Source of the DNA: Mytilus trossulus
Lineage: Eukaryota
DNA: 64,000 bases
Assembly (NCBI RefSeq): GCF_036588685.1
Contig: NC_086374.1
Coordinates: 31,868,001-31,932,000 of the forward strand
Direction of reading: 5' to 3'
A program made the translations under genes and the position numbers. The notes beneath the pieces are model-generated. The model did no database searches. It had not been told where the DNA came from and was given only the letters and a program-made list of their open reading frames with translations. Shown piece by piece: positions 38,024 to 50,267 of this stretch. Every line of letters begins with the position of its first letter. The stretch's first letter is position 1.

Positions 38024-38631
38024 TAGAGTGGGGTGCTCATATTCGCCGGGGACACAATTTCGCCGTTTTATGATTTTGAGGTGTAAAAACTTTAAGGGAT
38101 GGTTGAAATGAAAGACATATACCAGTAAATGACATTATATAACAAATATGATTATTTTTTAAAACTGAGACAAAATTGCGGCACCTACTGAAAAGGACCG
38201 AAAAATGGACAACGATTTTCGGCCAATTTCATGAAGAAAAAACACAAATTCAAAGAAGTATTTCTTAGTAACTCTTTGTCTAAATGCCCTAAATTTCAGT
38301 TCTTTTATTACCTTTGAAATGTCTGCTATTCATCTATAATGAAATTGATTTGATCAATTTTGTTTAAAGCTGCGGTTTTTTGGTTTTAAATAGATATGTA
38401 AAAACGGCGAATATGTGTCCCCCATTGACAAAAAATCAAGAAATTTCAAACACCCTTCAATCTAACTTTTCAGATGATTCTATTCAAATAAACACGTTTT
38501 CAAGCTTAGGAATATTTTGCGTTTGAAGTTATCTTCATATAGAAATATCAGTATACTTCAAAAACACTTAGACCTGAACATAAACTGTAGAAAACATGCA
38601 AAGATGTGGCGAAAATGAGCACCCCACTCTA
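38024..38631. mobile_element. MITE with about 24-bp TIRs
   Basis: TAGAGTGGGGTGCTCATATTCGCC ... GGCGAAAATGAGCACCCCACTCTA. It can be read as TAG..CTA ends with an ACA TSD (Academ-like) or as GAG..CTC ends with a TA TSD. Confidence 0.75.
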
Positions 38632-39000
38632 ACAGTTGTGCGAGGTTAAAAGATATGGACCTTGTCATTTTATCAATTTGTTTTAAAAGCAGTACTCTCA
38701 ATTATTCATATGTTATATACCTATCATTTTCCCAGAATTATAAAACTACAGACTGAGACAAAATTAAAATTGATTATTCTTAGAATTAAATATTTTCCAG
38801 AGTTAACCACAATGTGTTCAATGACAAGTTTTCGTTTCGTTATAAATATAAGTAGATGTGAGTTCATGGAAATAAATAATATTTTTTCTGAATTGAAATA
38901 TTTTATAAATTTCTTTTTTGCATTGCCAAGGGAACATGTATTGCTATAAAACTGCTTCAGACGTTACATAGATATAGGAAGATGTGGTGTGAGTGCCAAT

Positions 39001-39373
39001 CACTGTGCTTAAACGGCCGTGGGTAACTTAAGTTACCCACAGCCCAAGATGGAGCCGCCTGGCTTCGGTTAGGAAGTTTTCTCCTATATAATTACAATAC
39101 CATGAATGCAAAAGAAAAGTTCAGTAATTAAAAAGTTATATAAATCTTTTAGTGAAACTCTGCAATGTAAAACGTGGTTAGTTACTACAAAATAAACGAT
39201 TACAGCACGATTTGCCAAAACACTTATGATGTCCGTAACTTCAAAACAACGTGTCCGTAACTTTTTCCCTTATACCAATAGGGATGTCCGTAACTTTAGC
39301 ATGATACCAGTAACTTTCAAAGAAGTCAATCCTTAGCAGAAATACAGTTACCCACGGCCGTTTAAGCACAGTG
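39001..39373. mobile_element. Non-autonomous DNA transposon (MITE), Transib-like
   Basis: Perfect 28-bp TIRs CACTGTGCTTAAACGGCCGTGGGTAACT and a 5-bp TSD CCAAT (38996-39000, 39374-39378). It splits a common host repeat (GAGTGCCAAT|GAGACA). Confidence 0.8.
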
Positions 39374-39774
39374 CCAATGAGACAGTATGAATTAATCAGT
39401 AGCGTGGACGTTCAAATATAAGAGTATATATATAATTATTTTTTTTAGAATAAAATATTTTTATTTCCCAAATTACAGGGTCCATAAAGGGCATAAAATC
39501 AGATACAATTGATTTACATAATTGGTAACAACAACAATAATACATGTAATAGAGGCATATATATACATATAATTACATTAGATGTATGTTTCATTATAAT
39601 AATTTATTTTGATTGGCTAAGTGCACATCACGTGTTATTCCGTAAGCAATTGCATCACTCAATAAAACTTTTCATTTTTGATAGCACGTGGTCCCACAAA
39701 AAAGTGCACAGGTGAATAAAATACAAAATCTATAAAATTCGTGTTTTCATGATCATAGCTAAAAAATGTAATTA

Positions 39775-39933
39775 TAAGTATTGAATGCTTCTTTTTGTAA
39801 TTTTATAGGGTTGTAAAAGCGTTGATCGTGCGCACATTTTTAAAATGAAGCGCTTCCACGCTTCATACAAAATGTACTTCGGTCAACGCTTTTACACCCC
39901 AATAAATTTACAAAAAGAAGCATTCAATTCTTA
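39775..39933. repeat. Long inverted repeat (MITE-like hairpin)
   Basis: ATTGAATGCTTCTTTTTGTAA..TGTAAAAGCGTTGA pairs with TCAACGCTTTTACA..TTACAAAAAGAAGCATTCAAT. Confidence 0.7.
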
Positions 39934-40398
39934 AATAAATTTGGAATATAAACATATATATGATATCATGCGGTAGATATTATTAACAGGTAATTCAAAA
40001 TATTCCAGTGCTTGCGATCCTATCATGATTTCCTTGATAGAAGATAACGATACTTGATACAAGGAAGTATTGAACCAAGGGTTCTAAGAAGTAAAGTTGA
40101 AGCCATTTTCCGCCTATTTTTTTTTTAATTTGACTCCTATTCAGTAGCTGCACACATTATTTGTTATTATATATAATTGCTCTTTTGTTCATACTGATGT
40201 TTTGATGTTTTATTCTTTCGATATTAAAGAAGTGAGGGTTTTTTTCTGAACTATTTTTTGTTGTACATTCTTCTATGCATCTTTTTTTTTTTTTTATTCC
40301 ATTGATCTACATTAAAAAGAAGAGGACTTTTTAACAAATCAGTTTAATCCCTCTAAATTTTCATGTGAATGTCCCAATAATGGTCCTGTTTACTGCTC

Positions 40399-40468
40399 TG
40401 CGTTGACGTTTAACCCACACATGCGTTGACGTTTAACCCACACATGCGTTGACGTTTAACCCACACAA
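40399..40468. repeat. Short tandem repeat, about 3 copies
   Basis: TGCGTTGACGTTTAACCCACACA repeated three times. Confidence 0.85.
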
Positions 40469-40604
40469 ACTTTACTTTAAAATAAATTGAAAACAAACTC
40501 AACTGAATCACATAACTCCATTTCTTTATCATTTCAAACAAATTCCCTTGCAGCTTTAGTACAATTACCATCTAAGGCATCTTGTTTTTTTCAGTTTTTT
40601 TCAT

Positions 40605-40751
40605 AACAAGAATGTGTCCATAGTACACGGATGCCCCATCGACCAAAAACTTTAACCTGAAGCGGGACAGACGGACGGACGTGCGGACAAACGAACGAAC
40701 GAACGGACGCACTGACCAGAACACATAATGTCCATAAATTGGGCATAAAAA
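40605..40751 (+). mobile_element. Internally deleted copy of the 553-838 repeat
   Basis: Same ends, a GGAC/GAAC microsatellite and terminal hairpin ATGTCCA..TGGGCAT-AAAAA. Confidence 0.65.
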
Positions 40752-41015
40752 GGACACTGTAACAAACACATCTGTTAACTCCTCGAGTAAATGAAAATGT
40801 TTAAATAACAGTTTGTTGCCAAATTCTGCCAGTCTATCAATATAGTACGATTACCAATGAGACAATTATCAACCAGAATCCAAATTTCGTGGATGTTGGC
40901 AACTATACGTAGACTCAAAACAACTATTGTAATTCTTCGAATGGTTTGGTACGAGATGATCATTTACAGGATTATGGTGCTTGATATAAAGAGATTTCTA
41001 CCTCCTCAATAATGT

Positions 41016-42106
41016 TAGTCCAGTCAAACTAAGATTTAACCTCAAAGTAATTGCAACAGAAAATGTTTAAGTTCTAATCTATAGCATTATGCCCTTTAAA
41101 TTCACAGAAAAATGTCCCATAAAATCTAATTTAAGGAAAACTAAAAAAAAATAGTATTGTATTTATCTGTATATTTTATTTTTTTCAGCAACTTACTTGT
41201 CTAAAAAAACTTTAAACCACAAAAGAAGAATACATGCTTAATTATTTTTTTTTATTAAATTTGAGATTCTTTACCTTGACATACTGAAAAATTCAACAAA
41301 TGATCAACTAATGAATTTAGAAATCTAGATTATAGCTTGATAATTATATGAAAACACCTTTAGAGTTGATTGTTATTTCTGTTAATATTGACAATGCAAT
41401 TTCCCATAGGAACTCCTTTTACGGCTAAATCTGTACCACTATTACCATGAAGTTTTGAAAAAACTCTTATCCTAGAATGGAATGTTCATATGCATCACAT
41501 AAAAGGTCAAAATATAGGGCTGTGCGGCATATTTTCAACGTTTATATGCCCTGAACTTCTCAGAGTTTTAATGAGCACTAATTTTCTTAACTACCCCTAC
41601 CTCGAATGAAAGGTCACCACAGATTTCAATGTAAACAATATGCACATGTTTATTTACTGGTAACATTGCTATGTTATGTGTCTGTGAGATGGAACACAGA
41701 GAGCATTACTGGGAACCAGTATGTAAACAACATTAATTTTCTATGAATATTCAATTTTTCCCCAAAAGAGGCGTGTTTTGAGAAACAGCTGTATTTACAA
41801 AGTGCAACCTATACACCGCTAAAAAATCAAGAATCAATACATTCTGATGAATAGAAGCGGTAAAGTTATAATTTTGTATCAATTTTTATTGATATTTCTG
41901 CCTTTTTTGCAAGAGTTATCTCCCTTTTCAATGCAAATCTTCATAGGAATTTAAATGGTGACTTTTTTTAGTCTTTCTCAAGTTAAATTTTATGGGACTT
42001 TTTTCTGTGTATATTTGGGGTATAATGATCAAGATTAAAACTTAAAAATCTTCTGTTGAAATTACTTTCGGGTTAGGGTCAAATTTATGCTAGCTTGACT
42101 AGACTA
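41016..42106. mobile_element. About 1.1-kb non-autonomous TIR element with TAG..CTA ends
   Basis: TAGTCCAGTCAA..AAAGTAATTGCAACAGA at left is an imperfect inverted match to TCTGTTGAAATTACTTT..TTGACTAGACTA at right; no clean TSD. Confidence 0.6.
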
Positions 42107-42133
42107 CATGTTGAATTATTCTTTTCTTTTCAG

Positions 42134-43708
42134 ATGACGACAGAAGAATTTACCTGTCCAATATGTTTTGACGGAATCATACTACCAAAGCTACTCGAAT
42201 GTGGGCATACGTTTTGTTTAAAATGCATAAAAGATTATTCCGACGACATTAAGACCGACAGTAGGGATTTAGTATGTCCACTGTGTCGTTCTAAGTTTAA
42301 CCTGCCAACGGGAGGACCTTGTCAACTAATCACCAATTATTTCGTTGATATACCAAAGCCGCAAAAGTATTGCCTTAAATGCCAGGAAACTGAAAGAATA
42401 TCAAGTTTTTGTCTTGTTTGTGGTTCATTATTTTGTAAAAAGTGTTTCAAGTCTCACATTCACTCAATCGTTGATAATAACTCCTCGGATGACGAAAACG
42501 ACGAAGACGGTTCGATCCCTATACACTTGCTACTACAAGGAGTTCGGACAATGTTTACTTGTAAATTGCAATCTTACTTCGTTATAGACATTCCTCAAGA
42601 CAACCAGGGGAACCGTACTATTCATTCTGTACGAGCGTCAAAATATGGAGGAGTTTATGTTGTGCCCGATCAGGTTAATTTCATTTTAAAATTTGACCAG
42701 ACTGACAGAATACATGAAAAAATAAGGATAAGAACACCATCCCAAATGCAGTGTAGTGGAGTTATTGAAACGGACATTAACACTTTGTTGGCAACATTTC
42801 CTGTTCATAAATTGATTAAGAAATACGCATTCAGCCGCTGGTCCAACTTTGCAACTTGCCAAGACTTTTACCCACTTGATTTAGTAGAATTGTCCAATGG
42901 AAATATACTCGCATGTGGTCCAAATCGATTACTAGAGCGTAAGGAAAATTCTATCAGACGAACAGGGTATCTTCAGGTATACTCATTTCGGGGAGAACCG
43001 TTGTTCAGACTAGACAAACTATTGGGCAACAGTAAGCCTTTAACATATCCACGTATACTGGCATACGACAAAAATAGGATGGTCATCTCTGTGGTCGACC
43101 AAGGAAATAAAGAAATGATAGTGATACAAGAAAAAGACAAATCGTTCCACATTTACAAAGGGAGTGGCAGGCCGATAGTTCCATTTCCATTATCATTATT
43201 TGGAATAGGTGACGATTTTTTCCCATTAGGACTCTGTTGCGGTCCAAATGGACATTTTATAGTGACTTCCGACGATGGATATCATATGGTAGATCGGTTT
43301 GGAAAATTGGTTGGAGTTGGTCAGACAGACGATAAAGATGGCTTTGGAAGACTTGTTACAATTGACGGAAAAGGAAGTATATGGTGTAGTGATCCTCAAA
43401 ATGGTGCCATCAAAACTTATAAGGTTATTGATTACAGGAATGAACTCGACAGTAATAAAAAGTCTGGTATCCGAAAAGGTTTGTCGTCCGATTTCCGAAA
43501 TAACACGCCTGGTATCCGTGGTAGTATCTCGTATGGTGTCCGTGGACTTCCCATGTCTGGTATCCATGGAAATATGCCGTCTGGTATCCGTGGAAATATT
43601 ATGTCTGGTAGCCATGAAAATTTCACGTCTGGAAGCCATGGAAATATCACGTCTGGTAACCGTGGAAACATCTCTTTATCGAATAGATCACATTTTTTTT
43701 CAACATAA
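42134..43708 (+). CDS. TRIM-NHL-like paralog C with an 8-aa-repeat C-terminal tail
   Basis: The true start is probably ATG 42134, directly after acceptor CTTTTCTTTTCAG; the ORF-track start at 42095 lies in a transposon end. Contains RING, B-box-like, acidic linker and propeller regions, then an SGxxGNxx-like repeat tail. Confidence 0.85.
   Translation: MTTEEFTCPICFDGIILPKLLECGHTFCLKCIKDYSDDIKTDSRDLVCPLCRSKFNLPTGGPCQLITNYFVDIPKPQKYCLKCQETERISSFCLVCGSLFCKKCFKSHIHSIVDNNSSDDENDEDGSIPIHLLLQGVRTMFTCKLQSYFVIDIPQDNQGNRTIHSVRASKYGGVYVVPDQVNFILKFDQTDRIHEKIRIRTPSQMQCSGVIETDINTLLATFPVHKLIKKYAFSRWSNFATCQDFYPLDLVELSNGNILACGPNRLLERKENSIRRTGYLQVYSFRGEPLFRLDKLLGNSKPLTYPRILAYDKNRMVISVVDQGNKEMIVIQEKDKSFHIYKGSGRPIVPFPLSLFGIGDDFFPLGLCCGPNGHFIVTSDDGYHMVDRFGKLVGVGQTDDKDGFGRLVTIDGKGSIWCSDPQNGAIKTYKVIDYRNELDSNKKSGIRKGLSSDFRNNTPGIRGSISYGVRGLPMSGIHGNMPSGIRGNIMSGSHENFTSGSHGNITSGNRGNISLSNRSHFFST
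43463..43675 (+). repeat. Coding 24-bp minisatellite, 9 degenerate units, in the paralog C tail
   Basis: Unit approximately TCTGGTATCCGTGGAAATATCACG; the second unit is 21 nt, so frame is kept. Confidence 0.8.
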
Positions 43709-46236
43709 AAAAAAAGAAAATATTAACTTTTCATTTCTTCGTTTTGTTTACGCCATATTCCAACAATCTTACCATGTTGACATAATGGCGACATTACTTA
43801 TATATCAGTTTATAAACCCTGTTTAATGGGAACGGTTGCATACGAATGAGGAATATGTCGGAAGTTCAAACTTTTTTCGAAGATTTTTTGTTGAAAATTT
43901 ATGGGAGATTTTTAATATATATATATATTGCACAACGATTTCTATTAAAATAACGTAATTGGGAGAAGTAGAAACATAATAGCAGTTATTTCAGACAATA
44001 CGAAGCATGCAAATCAAGCATATTATGTTCCAGTTGATCTGATTGTTTCCAACACACAAATGAATACCCATGTACTGGTTATGAGACGGCATCAGGCATA
44101 TTCGCCTTTCTTCGTGACGTCATGATAGAAAACTCAGAGGAAATCAATACATATAAAGAACTAAATTATAACGAACCACACGTTGATTATAGAAAAAAAT
44201 CAACCGTTCGGGGAAGTATAAACGAAATTTCTCCACTCGAGACAGTAAAATGTTCAAATCTTAAAGGCATAGCTTCTGAGATTTTGTAAATACTAAAAAA
44301 AAATAGCTTCAACATCGAGAAATATCGTATTACACGGGCGTATTCATGTTGTCTTTTGGCACCAAAATATTCAGTATTTTAAATTATTGTAAAACAATTC
44401 TTTTATACCATCGTTGTGGAAGATATAGTTCCTGAAATCGCTTCCGTTTGTTAACCATATCAAACTGACATTGGTTGTATGATAAAAGACAGCATCCTTG
44501 ACGATCTTACATAATGCTCCCATGGCAACACGTGACTGAGAAGACAACACACACTACAAGCAAACTTTGTCCTAGAACTTTTATTCTAAATCACAATTTG
44601 ACATATATGTACATTTATATGTTGAGTGTCCATCCAAAGGAAATTATTCTCTGTTCAAGTTTTTTATTCTTCTATATAACGATGATAAACTATCTTTAAT
44701 ATAATATGTATTTCTGATTTTATTAAAGACAATTTTAATTTTAGATTGCAATAGAGAATCAATGCCAGTCTTATATAAAGTTCTGCGTTTGATTCTTATT
44801 GGAGAATTATCTGGCATCACTTTTACGGGAGTTCGTATCGTTCAATATTTTTATTGTTGTCTGCTTCAGGTGCATATGATTTAAGTTATTGTGTATTTAT
44901 ATAACTGATTGTCTCGGTCTCATATTATCCTAGGGATTTTCATTATCATTTCTATTTTTTTCTTCTTTGGTAACTTGAAAAAATATGAAAAGTAGATTTT
45001 CAGGGATGGGCAATATTCCGCAGTGTGAACTAAAAATGTCCACAACAAGAGAAGAGAGTTCATTCTGTTTCAAACTGAAAGTTTGTGAAGGAAGGTCATT
45101 GTTCCTATGAAAACAAATCAAGTAAAAGATTGATCTTAACCCCGCCACAGTCTATATGTCTTTTTCAAATCGGGAAATTTAAGAAAAATTGTTGTCGCAG
45201 GAAACATTTTTTTTAATAATCAGGTTGTTGCCTTTTCCGTTTGATTCTTTTTTACATTTTATCATGTCGGGGTATTTCATACTGAATATATGCTCTTTGT
45301 TAAAGACTATGATGACCTGAAGTTGCTTATGCTTTGTTTTCTGATTGGCAATCATATCACATGTCCTTATTTTATATTTACAAATAAACCATGAAAATTA
45401 GGTCAAGGTCAGATTAAACACAGTATGGTTGGATTACTGCTGTATAGTTTTTAAGAAATGGACCAAACCACGAAAAGTAAACATTGACCAATTAACATTT
45501 AAAATGAGATCAAGTTCGAATGAAACCTGCCGGACAGACGTGAACACTTTTAAATCATTCTGGAGAGTTGTCTTACATGCAATCATAATGCATCTTCTTT
45601 TTTTCATATTTGCAACAGTCTGAGACTACTCTAACATATAGTAGTCTCAGCAACAGTTGACAGATTGTCGTATGATACGTAGTCAGTTACACAATTTTTA
45701 CCTGATCACTGATCCATGAAATGATATCTAAGTCAAGTGAGTCCGTCAGACAGGCATGGAGATCTCGAAAGAATCCCATATGCCAAATGCAGTTATCCTA
45801 TTTCTCATGATAAGTGAAAAATGTGCATGTCAAAACAGTCAGGTCAAGGACAATGGACATACGACAGACGGAATATTTTCTACTGGTTACTTCGTGACAT
45901 AATGCCTTTTAAAGTTATCTAAAAGTCCTTAAGTAGTTTGCAGATAAAGTGTCTTAGGAAAAGACTTGAGACAAGGCTCCATGTTGAACGCCGTTCTTTG
46001 ACCAATAATGGTTTACTTTTACAAATTGTGACTTGGATGGATTTTGCTTCGTAAAACAGACCCAACAATATATCTCAAGCATATCTGGCATCTCAGGCGA
46101 TACTATAATAATTTCTATATTAGAATATTACCAATAGTTTAAATATTTCAGATTTTCATTGCTGTTTCTTAGTTATGATTTTTTTTTTAAATATTATGGA
46201 GATGAACAACCTTATGCTGTTACACGTTACTATTAT

Positions 46237-46672
46237 CACATCTACTTTTGCATAGGTACTATTTTAAAATCTGTTGCACTGGAAATTTACTTTTAATATT
46301 TAGAACTATTTCTTTGCTTTAGAATTATTGTAATTTGTAGGCACTTGTATTTTCCAGTACTTGATTTGTACTTCAAATATTGGTACAAAAAAAAAAATAC
46401 AAACAATGATCCGCACAGTATTCCACGTTTGAACATCATAACTTTATGAGATTTGAAGAAGACAAACTTTCAAAATGCTGAAAATGTCAAATACCATACG
46501 GCAAAAAAATTGTAGTACTTAAATTTCAAGTACAAATGAAATACTGTAAAATACAGGAACATAAATATTACAATAATTTTAAGGTAACTAAATAGTACTG
46601 AATATTAAAAGTAGATTTCCAGTACTACAGATTTTTGGTACAGAAAATAGTACCTATGCAAAAGTAGCTGTG
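46237..46672. mobile_element. Foldback MITE with long imperfect TIRs
   Basis: CACATCTACTTTTGCATAGGTACTATTTT.. versus ..AAAATAGTACCTATGCAAAAGTAGCTGTG; inverted similarity extends more than 100 bp. Confidence 0.7.
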
Positions 46673-48911
46673 TACACATGTATTACGGATCGACTTTCAC
46701 TGATGCCACCTCTCTGTGTAATTAGCTTTCACTTTATCAATATTTACCCTGAGAAGGCAATTTTTTTAACTACAGGTGACAATAAATTTAAAAGTGAGGC
46801 GACAAGGTTTGAGGGTATATTCTCCATCAATGATTACTGTTGATCAGTATCCTCTCTGGCCATACACATACACAGATACACACACATTAAGTGGATTTAA
46901 AAATAACGACCATTTTATGAAGTGCAGATGCCAAATAACCATTACAATTTTGGAATTCTTTAGCAATTAAAAAACTACCAAAGACTTGTATGTTTATAAA
47001 CACACATTCAAAAACTTGATGCCATTGTTTCAGTTTATCATATATGTTTGTACGAAGTAAGGCCTAAAAGAGCACTAAATACATCTGTACTCAACAACGG
47101 TAATGTCCTATATTGTATGGACAAGTCGGCTATTCTAATGAAGAACCAGCTTGATTAGCCATTCCATTTGAATATAGACTGGTTTTTTTTTGTAAATATG
47201 ACAGCTACCACGAACAACGTGAATTATATAACAATGAAATATCTGACATCAGGTGGTTCAGACCAAGTAATAAGTGTATAAATCGAATCAGGGTTTTCAA
47301 CTGTGACAACTCATTTTTCATGAGCAATCACGAAGAAACAAATACCCGTTCAAATGACGCATCCTTGTTCTTGTGAGTTATGATCTCAATACAGTTATAA
47401 AAGATTAATTCAACTAAAGTAAATTCATATGTGGTTGTGAAAAATCCAAATGGGTAGTTAGTGAGGTATGTGATAATTTTATGTAAGTCATTTTTGCTGA
47501 TTCTTTTAAATTGTGATTTTACTTGGTGTAAAATTTGATTTACTTGTTTGCTTACTTATTATATGTTTTAATTTATTCTTATTCATTCACACAGCTTTTG
47601 TTTTCTTTATATATGAATTATTCCGAACACCATTTAATATAGTTGGGTAAATAGAGTTGAATATTTCTTGTAGTGGTGGGTGTTAGGTGTCAATCTTGTT
47701 AATTAATTCTGTGTAGTTTGAATCTCCTATGTTTTAAATCTGTAAATATCCACACATGCTATTGTGATAAATGAGGTTGCCGCTTCCTAAAGAAAAAGTG
47801 GCATTGGTATAAGTATTTTCTTTTGTATTTTCCAGAGCTTTGGGTTTTTAATGTATCATAATTTTTATCCATATTTTTCGCTTTCTAAATATTTTAAAAC
47901 ATTGTTCTAACCTCGTGCTGATTGTTCCCGGAATACTCGTACTGGGTAGGGACACAATTCCATAAATTTGTGTTTCTTAATAAATGCCGAAAATAGTCAT
48001 TACCTTGTGGGTGCTACAAAAACTAAAGTCCCCTATCTTCCAATTTCAGTCGAAACCAATTTCTAATTCATGCGTTTTCTTACCCTAAATTTTTATACTT
48101 ACTACAAAAATTATTAGCTTAGTGAATATTCAACAAATTAATTACGTTTTGAAAGCAATAATCAACAATCGATAATTATTATGTTGTTGCAGGAATACAC
48201 AGGTAAATTACGCATGTTCAAAACTACAGAAAGTAAATCCTGTATAGCAAATTCCAAAGTTAAACTTACTGATTTCTTTTATTTCTTTGATCATTTGCAT
48301 TCACTTTAAATATTTTAGTTTATTTTGATTACACTTATCTATTCCGACGGAGACAAATACAGTAATCAAAGATTCATTGCTGTTGTAAGTGATTGCATTA
48401 TATGCTTTAATAAAGTCGTGAATGCTTTCATTTGCATTAGCAAGTAATTTAATCTCAACTCAGCTGTGTATAAGTTATTTTGTAACATAGCAGTTTATTC
48501 AGATCAAGAAGGATGTGTTGCTGATGTGTTGCTAACTCACTAGAAACAAGCAACTTTAAATACAAAGCATCACACAATGTTTTCTTTATATTAAAATTTG
48601 GTGTTGTTTTGTTGTTGTATACCCGCTTATTTACCTAAATATATGTTTAACTTCGTTTTCAGTTTTTACCGAAAGAACCATAAGTATCGCTGTGTCTAAC
48701 AAATCATAATGGTTTTTATTCTTTACAAAGATTTATATACATTTCTAAAAGTATGCGCTCAATACTTCGAAATATGACTCGTAAGGACACATACCATTAT
48801 ATTTAATACATCAAAAATGTTGTACGATCATGAAAAGTTTTTTTCCGTGTCATTCCGTCAATAACTATGATATCAATTATCCGTTATTTTTGAGAAATGA
48901 GAACAGATTAA

Positions 48912-50267
48912 CTAATTGCTGCTGTTGAAGAAATTCTGATATTTGGTGATTTTGAAAGTTTTTAAAGTACCGAATAGTGAGTCGCTGCACCAAAGTAATC
49001 CATTAATATCGAGCGCTATGTTTGGTTTGTATCGTCCGAATCTGTCTTCACAATTCGTAAAACCCATACAACGCAAATGTCCTAGTTCGTCTATAACGTG
49101 CAGACATCCTTCTGGAGTAGAAACAATAAATCGTCCAGTATCGGTACTGCAAACGCCTGTAGCTCGAAAATTTAGTGTATGTTCTATTCCAAGAAATGAT
49201 ACTGATATTGTAACCATACTAATATTAGCTTTATTTATTATACAGTTTCCATCTGAAACTTTTAAAATTGTAATAGAATTAGTTTCCAGGTCTAACACAG
49301 CAATTGTTTCCTCTTTCTTATTATACGCAATTTTGTGTGGAAATTCGAGTGTATTGCATTCTTTTGAAATATCATTCAATTTTAAAAGCAGTTCTCCATG
49401 CAAAGAATACACATGCACGTGTCCTCTCCTGGAAATGTTCCTTTTGTAAATCGGGTTCCATGTATCTGGACCGCATGCTAATATTTTCCCGTTTGATAAT
49501 TCAACCATATCAATTGGACAGAAACCAATGCATGAAGCAAAATGTGACCAACCACAGAAGGCATACTTTAAAATCAGTTTCTCGTCGGGAAATGCCACTA
49601 ATAGACTTTCATCACACATTTCAATAACCGCATAGCATTTTTGTGTGTCTGGTATTCTGATTCTATCTAATATTTGTCCATTGTGGTCATATTTCATAAT
49701 AAATGGTACATCATACGACAAAACATACATACCCCCATTCTTTGAAGGGGATAGCGAAGAAATAACGTGGTGACCCTCATTATCGACAGGTATCTCTACA
49801 ACGAATTGGGTATCAAGTTTGCAATCTATATTCGTTTGAACATCATGTTGTTTGTTAGCAAATTGAATTTGTAATGGCGTTCTGGGTTGATGTACGTCTT
49901 CTTCTCCATCCGAGGACTCATCAGTAGAACTGCCCAAATGCCTATGTGTTTTGAAACACTTTTTACATAAGATTAGCCCACAGATAGTACAGCATATGTA
50001 AATAAGTTCAGACCTTTCGCAGTTCTTGCAATATTTGTCTGGTTTACAAACTGACACAAAGTAATTTGTTAAAAAATGACTAAATCCTCTTTTTGGTATA
50101 TTAAATTTAGTTCGACATAACGGACATGATAGTTTTTGTTTTCTAGATAACACTTCATCTCCATAATCTTTCAAACACTTATAACAAAATGTATGCCTGC
50201 AATCCAATACTTTTGGAAATGTTAGACTGTCATAACATATTGGACACGTGGCTGCAGTTTCTTCCAT
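48912..50267 (-). CDS. TRIM-NHL-like paralog D
   Basis: 451-aa ORF: RING CPIC..CRHTFCYKC..CPLCR, TNYF, B-box-like module with HRH, acidic linker, propeller ending IALDINGLLWCSD. Confidence 0.85.
   Translation of the reverse strand: MEETAATCPICYDSLTFPKVLDCRHTFCYKCLKDYGDEVLSRKQKLSCPLCRTKFNIPKRGFSHFLTNYFVSVCKPDKYCKNCERSELIYICCTICGLILCKKCFKTHRHLGSSTDESSDGEEDVHQPRTPLQIQFANKQHDVQTNIDCKLDTQFVVEIPVDNEGHHVISSLSPSKNGGMYVLSYDVPFIMKYDHNGQILDRIRIPDTQKCYAVIEMCDESLLVAFPDEKLILKYAFCGWSHFASCIGFCPIDMVELSNGKILACGPDTWNPIYKRNISRRGHVHVYSLHGELLLKLNDISKECNTLEFPHKIAYNKKEETIAVLDLETNSITILKVSDGNCIINKANISMVTISVSFLGIEHTLNFRATGVCSTDTGRFIVSTPEGCLHVIDELGHLRCMGFTNCEDRFGRYKPNIALDINGLLWCSDSLFGTLKTFKITKYQNFFNSSN

Noticed and set aside
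42095-42133. ORF-track N-terminal extension of paralog C (also 54341-54358 for paralog E)
   Set aside because: Non-ATG or intronic sequence ending in a canonical acceptor immediately before the ATG that aligns with the paralogs.
43226-43826. Overlapping ORFs of 137, 175 and 79 aa
   Set aside because: By-products of the stop-poor 24-bp repeat inside paralog C.
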